This document shows, one piece after another, positions 62,414-64,000 of a stretch of DNA of 64,000 bases. The notes under the pieces were generated by a model. That model did no database searches, was not told the origin of the DNA, and saw only the letters and a list, made by a program, of their open reading frames with translations. The stretch is from Thermodesulfobacteriota bacterium. Its GTDB lineage: Bacteria; Desulfobacterota_D; UBA1144; Nemesobacterales; N074bin48. Made by a program: the position numbers and the translations under genes. Numbering within the stretch: the first letter of the stretch is position 1; every line of letters starts with the position of its first letter. The stretch covers positions 1-64,000 of the forward strand of contig JBFFSH010000002.1 in assembly GCA_041572575.1 (NCBI GenBank), in the 5' to 3' direction.

Positions 62414-63415
62414 CTAAAAATTCGACATTGCTATAGTTCCGTACTTAAAGTATAGAGAGGAAAGGCCGTAACTGATTCCCACTGCTACAAACGGTACTAC
62501 AAACCAAAAAAATGCTATCTGAACTACGTGCCTGTTTTGGGCCGTAATTGCAAACCCATGCTGTGCACAGGAAAAGCCTATTATACCAGAAGTTATGATT
62601 TCCGCCATAGATATTGGAATTCCTAAAAAAGATGCCGTTATAAGCAATGCTGCTCCGGTAAATTCAACAGAAATGGCCCTTAATATACAAATTTCCGTAA
62701 TCTGCTTTCCAACTGTTTCTATTACCCTGCCGCCAAAAAGAATTGCTCCTATTGCCATACCAACCCCGGCAAGAATTGCGCCGTTATGAGTAGTAAGAAG
62801 CCCCATGCCTACGAGTGGTCCTACGGAGTTTGCAGAGTTGTTGGCACCTGCAGAAAATGCCAAAAAACAACCTGATATCGTAAGCATTATAGTAAGAATG
62901 CTGTTTATTTTCTTTTCCGGAAATCTTTTAGCCAGATACATGAGAGTTCTAAAATAGAGGTATCTTCCTAAAAGATAATTAATAGTCCACATCACAAGTG
63001 GGGCAGCCACCCACCATATGACGATTTCAAAAAACTTCTCAGAGTTAAATGATTTAGAAAAAAGTCCAACACCTGCAATAGCACATACAATTGCATGAGT
63101 AGTAGCAATAGGAACCTTGGCGATATTAGCCCATGAAATGAAAAATACTGCTATCACAAGCACTATCAATACAAGCCCAATATTAGATGTAAGCACATCT
63201 CCGGGCACAATCCCCTTACCCAGGGTTTCTACAACTGGCCCTCCGGCAAGTAACGCCCCGAACACAGCAAAAATAGCTATTAATGTTACAGCCTCTCTTT
63301 TTGTGCGCACCCCTGCGCCGTAAGCTGTTGCCATAGATGCAGCCGAGTTGTTGGCTCCTATATTCAGGGCCAAAAACGTAGATAAAACAATAGCAATCGG
63401 TATTAATAGTTCCAA
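62414..63415 (-). CDS. PiT-family transporter, probable sulfate permease (CysP-like)
   Basis: GANNSA signature twice, G..V.ET.GK; directly upstream of sat; TTG start. Confidence 0.8.
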   Translation of the reverse strand: MELLIPIAIVLSTFLALNIGANNSAASMATAYGAGVRTKREAVTLIAIFAVFGALLAGGPVVETLGKGIVPGDVLTSNIGLVLIVLVIAVFFISWANIAKVPIATTHAIVCAIAGVGLFSKSFNSEKFFEIVIWWVAAPLVMWTINYLLGRYLYFRTLMYLAKRFPEKKINSILTIMLTISGCFLAFSAGANNSANSVGPLVGMGLLTTHNGAILAGVGMAIGAILFGGRVIETVGKQITEICILRAISVEFTGAALLITASFLGIPISMAEIITSGIIGFSCAQHGFAITAQNRHVVQIAFFWFVVPFVAVGISYGLSSLYFKYGTIAMSNF

Positions 63416-63588
63416 AAACCTTTCACCAATAAATTAGATCAATTATGCAGTAATTATTAAAATGACAAAATTAGAAGCTATATAGCAAGTTTTATTCCAA
63501 ATTTTGTGCAATAATTTCAGCATGTTACATAATATTATCAATCTTACAGTTGAATACCTGTTATCCAATATGTATATTTTTGATACAT

Positions 63589-64000
63589 ATGGTTAAAAAG
63601 TTATCAAATAATAAAATTGCTTTAATTTCAAAGAACAAAACGCTTCATGATGAAATCCAAAACCTCCTTGGCGCTGAATTCGATATCACTGATTTTGATG
63701 ACAGAACTCAGGGCATAGATGCCGGTGTAATTTTTCTCGATGTTGACACGGTAGGAATAAACCATCTGTACGGATTAAAAGATGACCACTTTGTAATTGT
63801 TGTCACGGCCAAAAAAGGCTCGAGATATTTGATTGAAGCCATGACATTTGGGGCATTTGATTGTTTAATCAGCCCATTTGAAAAAGACCAGCTTGCAGGC
63901 ACCGTAAAAAGAGCAATTGGCATACAGCAGGAGCTTAAAGGAAAGAAAATAGAGTTTCCAGGAGATATTGAAGGCAGCAGCATAACCTGTGCTATTGTAG
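63589..64000 (+). CDS. NtrC-like response regulator N-terminus (partial, not in the ORF track)
   Basis: Open frame from ATG 63589 to the window end: MVKKLSNNKIALISK..VIFLDV..VIVVTA..IEAMTFGAFDCLISPF..TVKRAI..CAIV(G). Confidence 0.75.
   Translation, partial: MVKKLSNNKIALISKNKTLHDEIQNLLGAEFDITDFDDRTQGIDAGVIFLDVDTVGINHLYGLKDDHFVIVVTAKKGSRYLIEAMTFGAFDCLISPFEKDQLAGTVKRAIGIQQELKGKKIEFPGDIEGSSITCAIV

Overview
AT-rich bacterial chromosomal window, almost fully coding. Gene content and style suggest a Desulfobacterota/Myxococcota-related aerobe such as Ca. Dadabacteria, but this is inference only. In order it carries: an ECF sigma factor with an in-frame TAG; a caa3-type (A2) cytochrome c oxidase operon (sco-coxBACD-ctaA-ctaB); mreBCD-mrdA-rodA; ygfZ; trxB; PilZ and tatA; mce; an AttE/F/H-like ABC+lipocalin module; an Ig-domain lipoprotein; rpsU; a CrtEb-like UbiA prenyltransferase; a sigma54-driven type IV minor pilin cluster (pilV* pilW* pilX pilY1 fimT) in which pilV has an in-frame TAA, pilW is frameshifted and PilY1 is giant and Cys-rich; tmk-holB-metG; TetR plus a tandem AhpD/CMD protein; a ROK kinase; pheT-ihfA-DUF502-tilS-glsA with no pheS; a SPOR protein; tandem NrdR-like boxes in front of an unknown membrane protein; a lone mlaE with a lipoprotein; grxC-gltX-coaE; a three-gene acyl-CoA carboxylase; oppA; an LLM oxidoreductase; a Phd-VapC toxin-antitoxin pair; cysP-sat-cysH; and the start of an atypical NtrC-like regulator. 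I saw no rRNA, tRNA, CRISPR array or transposase. Best leads: NrdR boxes on a non-RNR gene, the TetR/tandem-AhpD thiol module, the disulfide-rich pilus tip cluster with two lesions, and a possible UbiA/AttH/ABC envelope-lipid system. All calls come from manual motif reading; no database searches were run.
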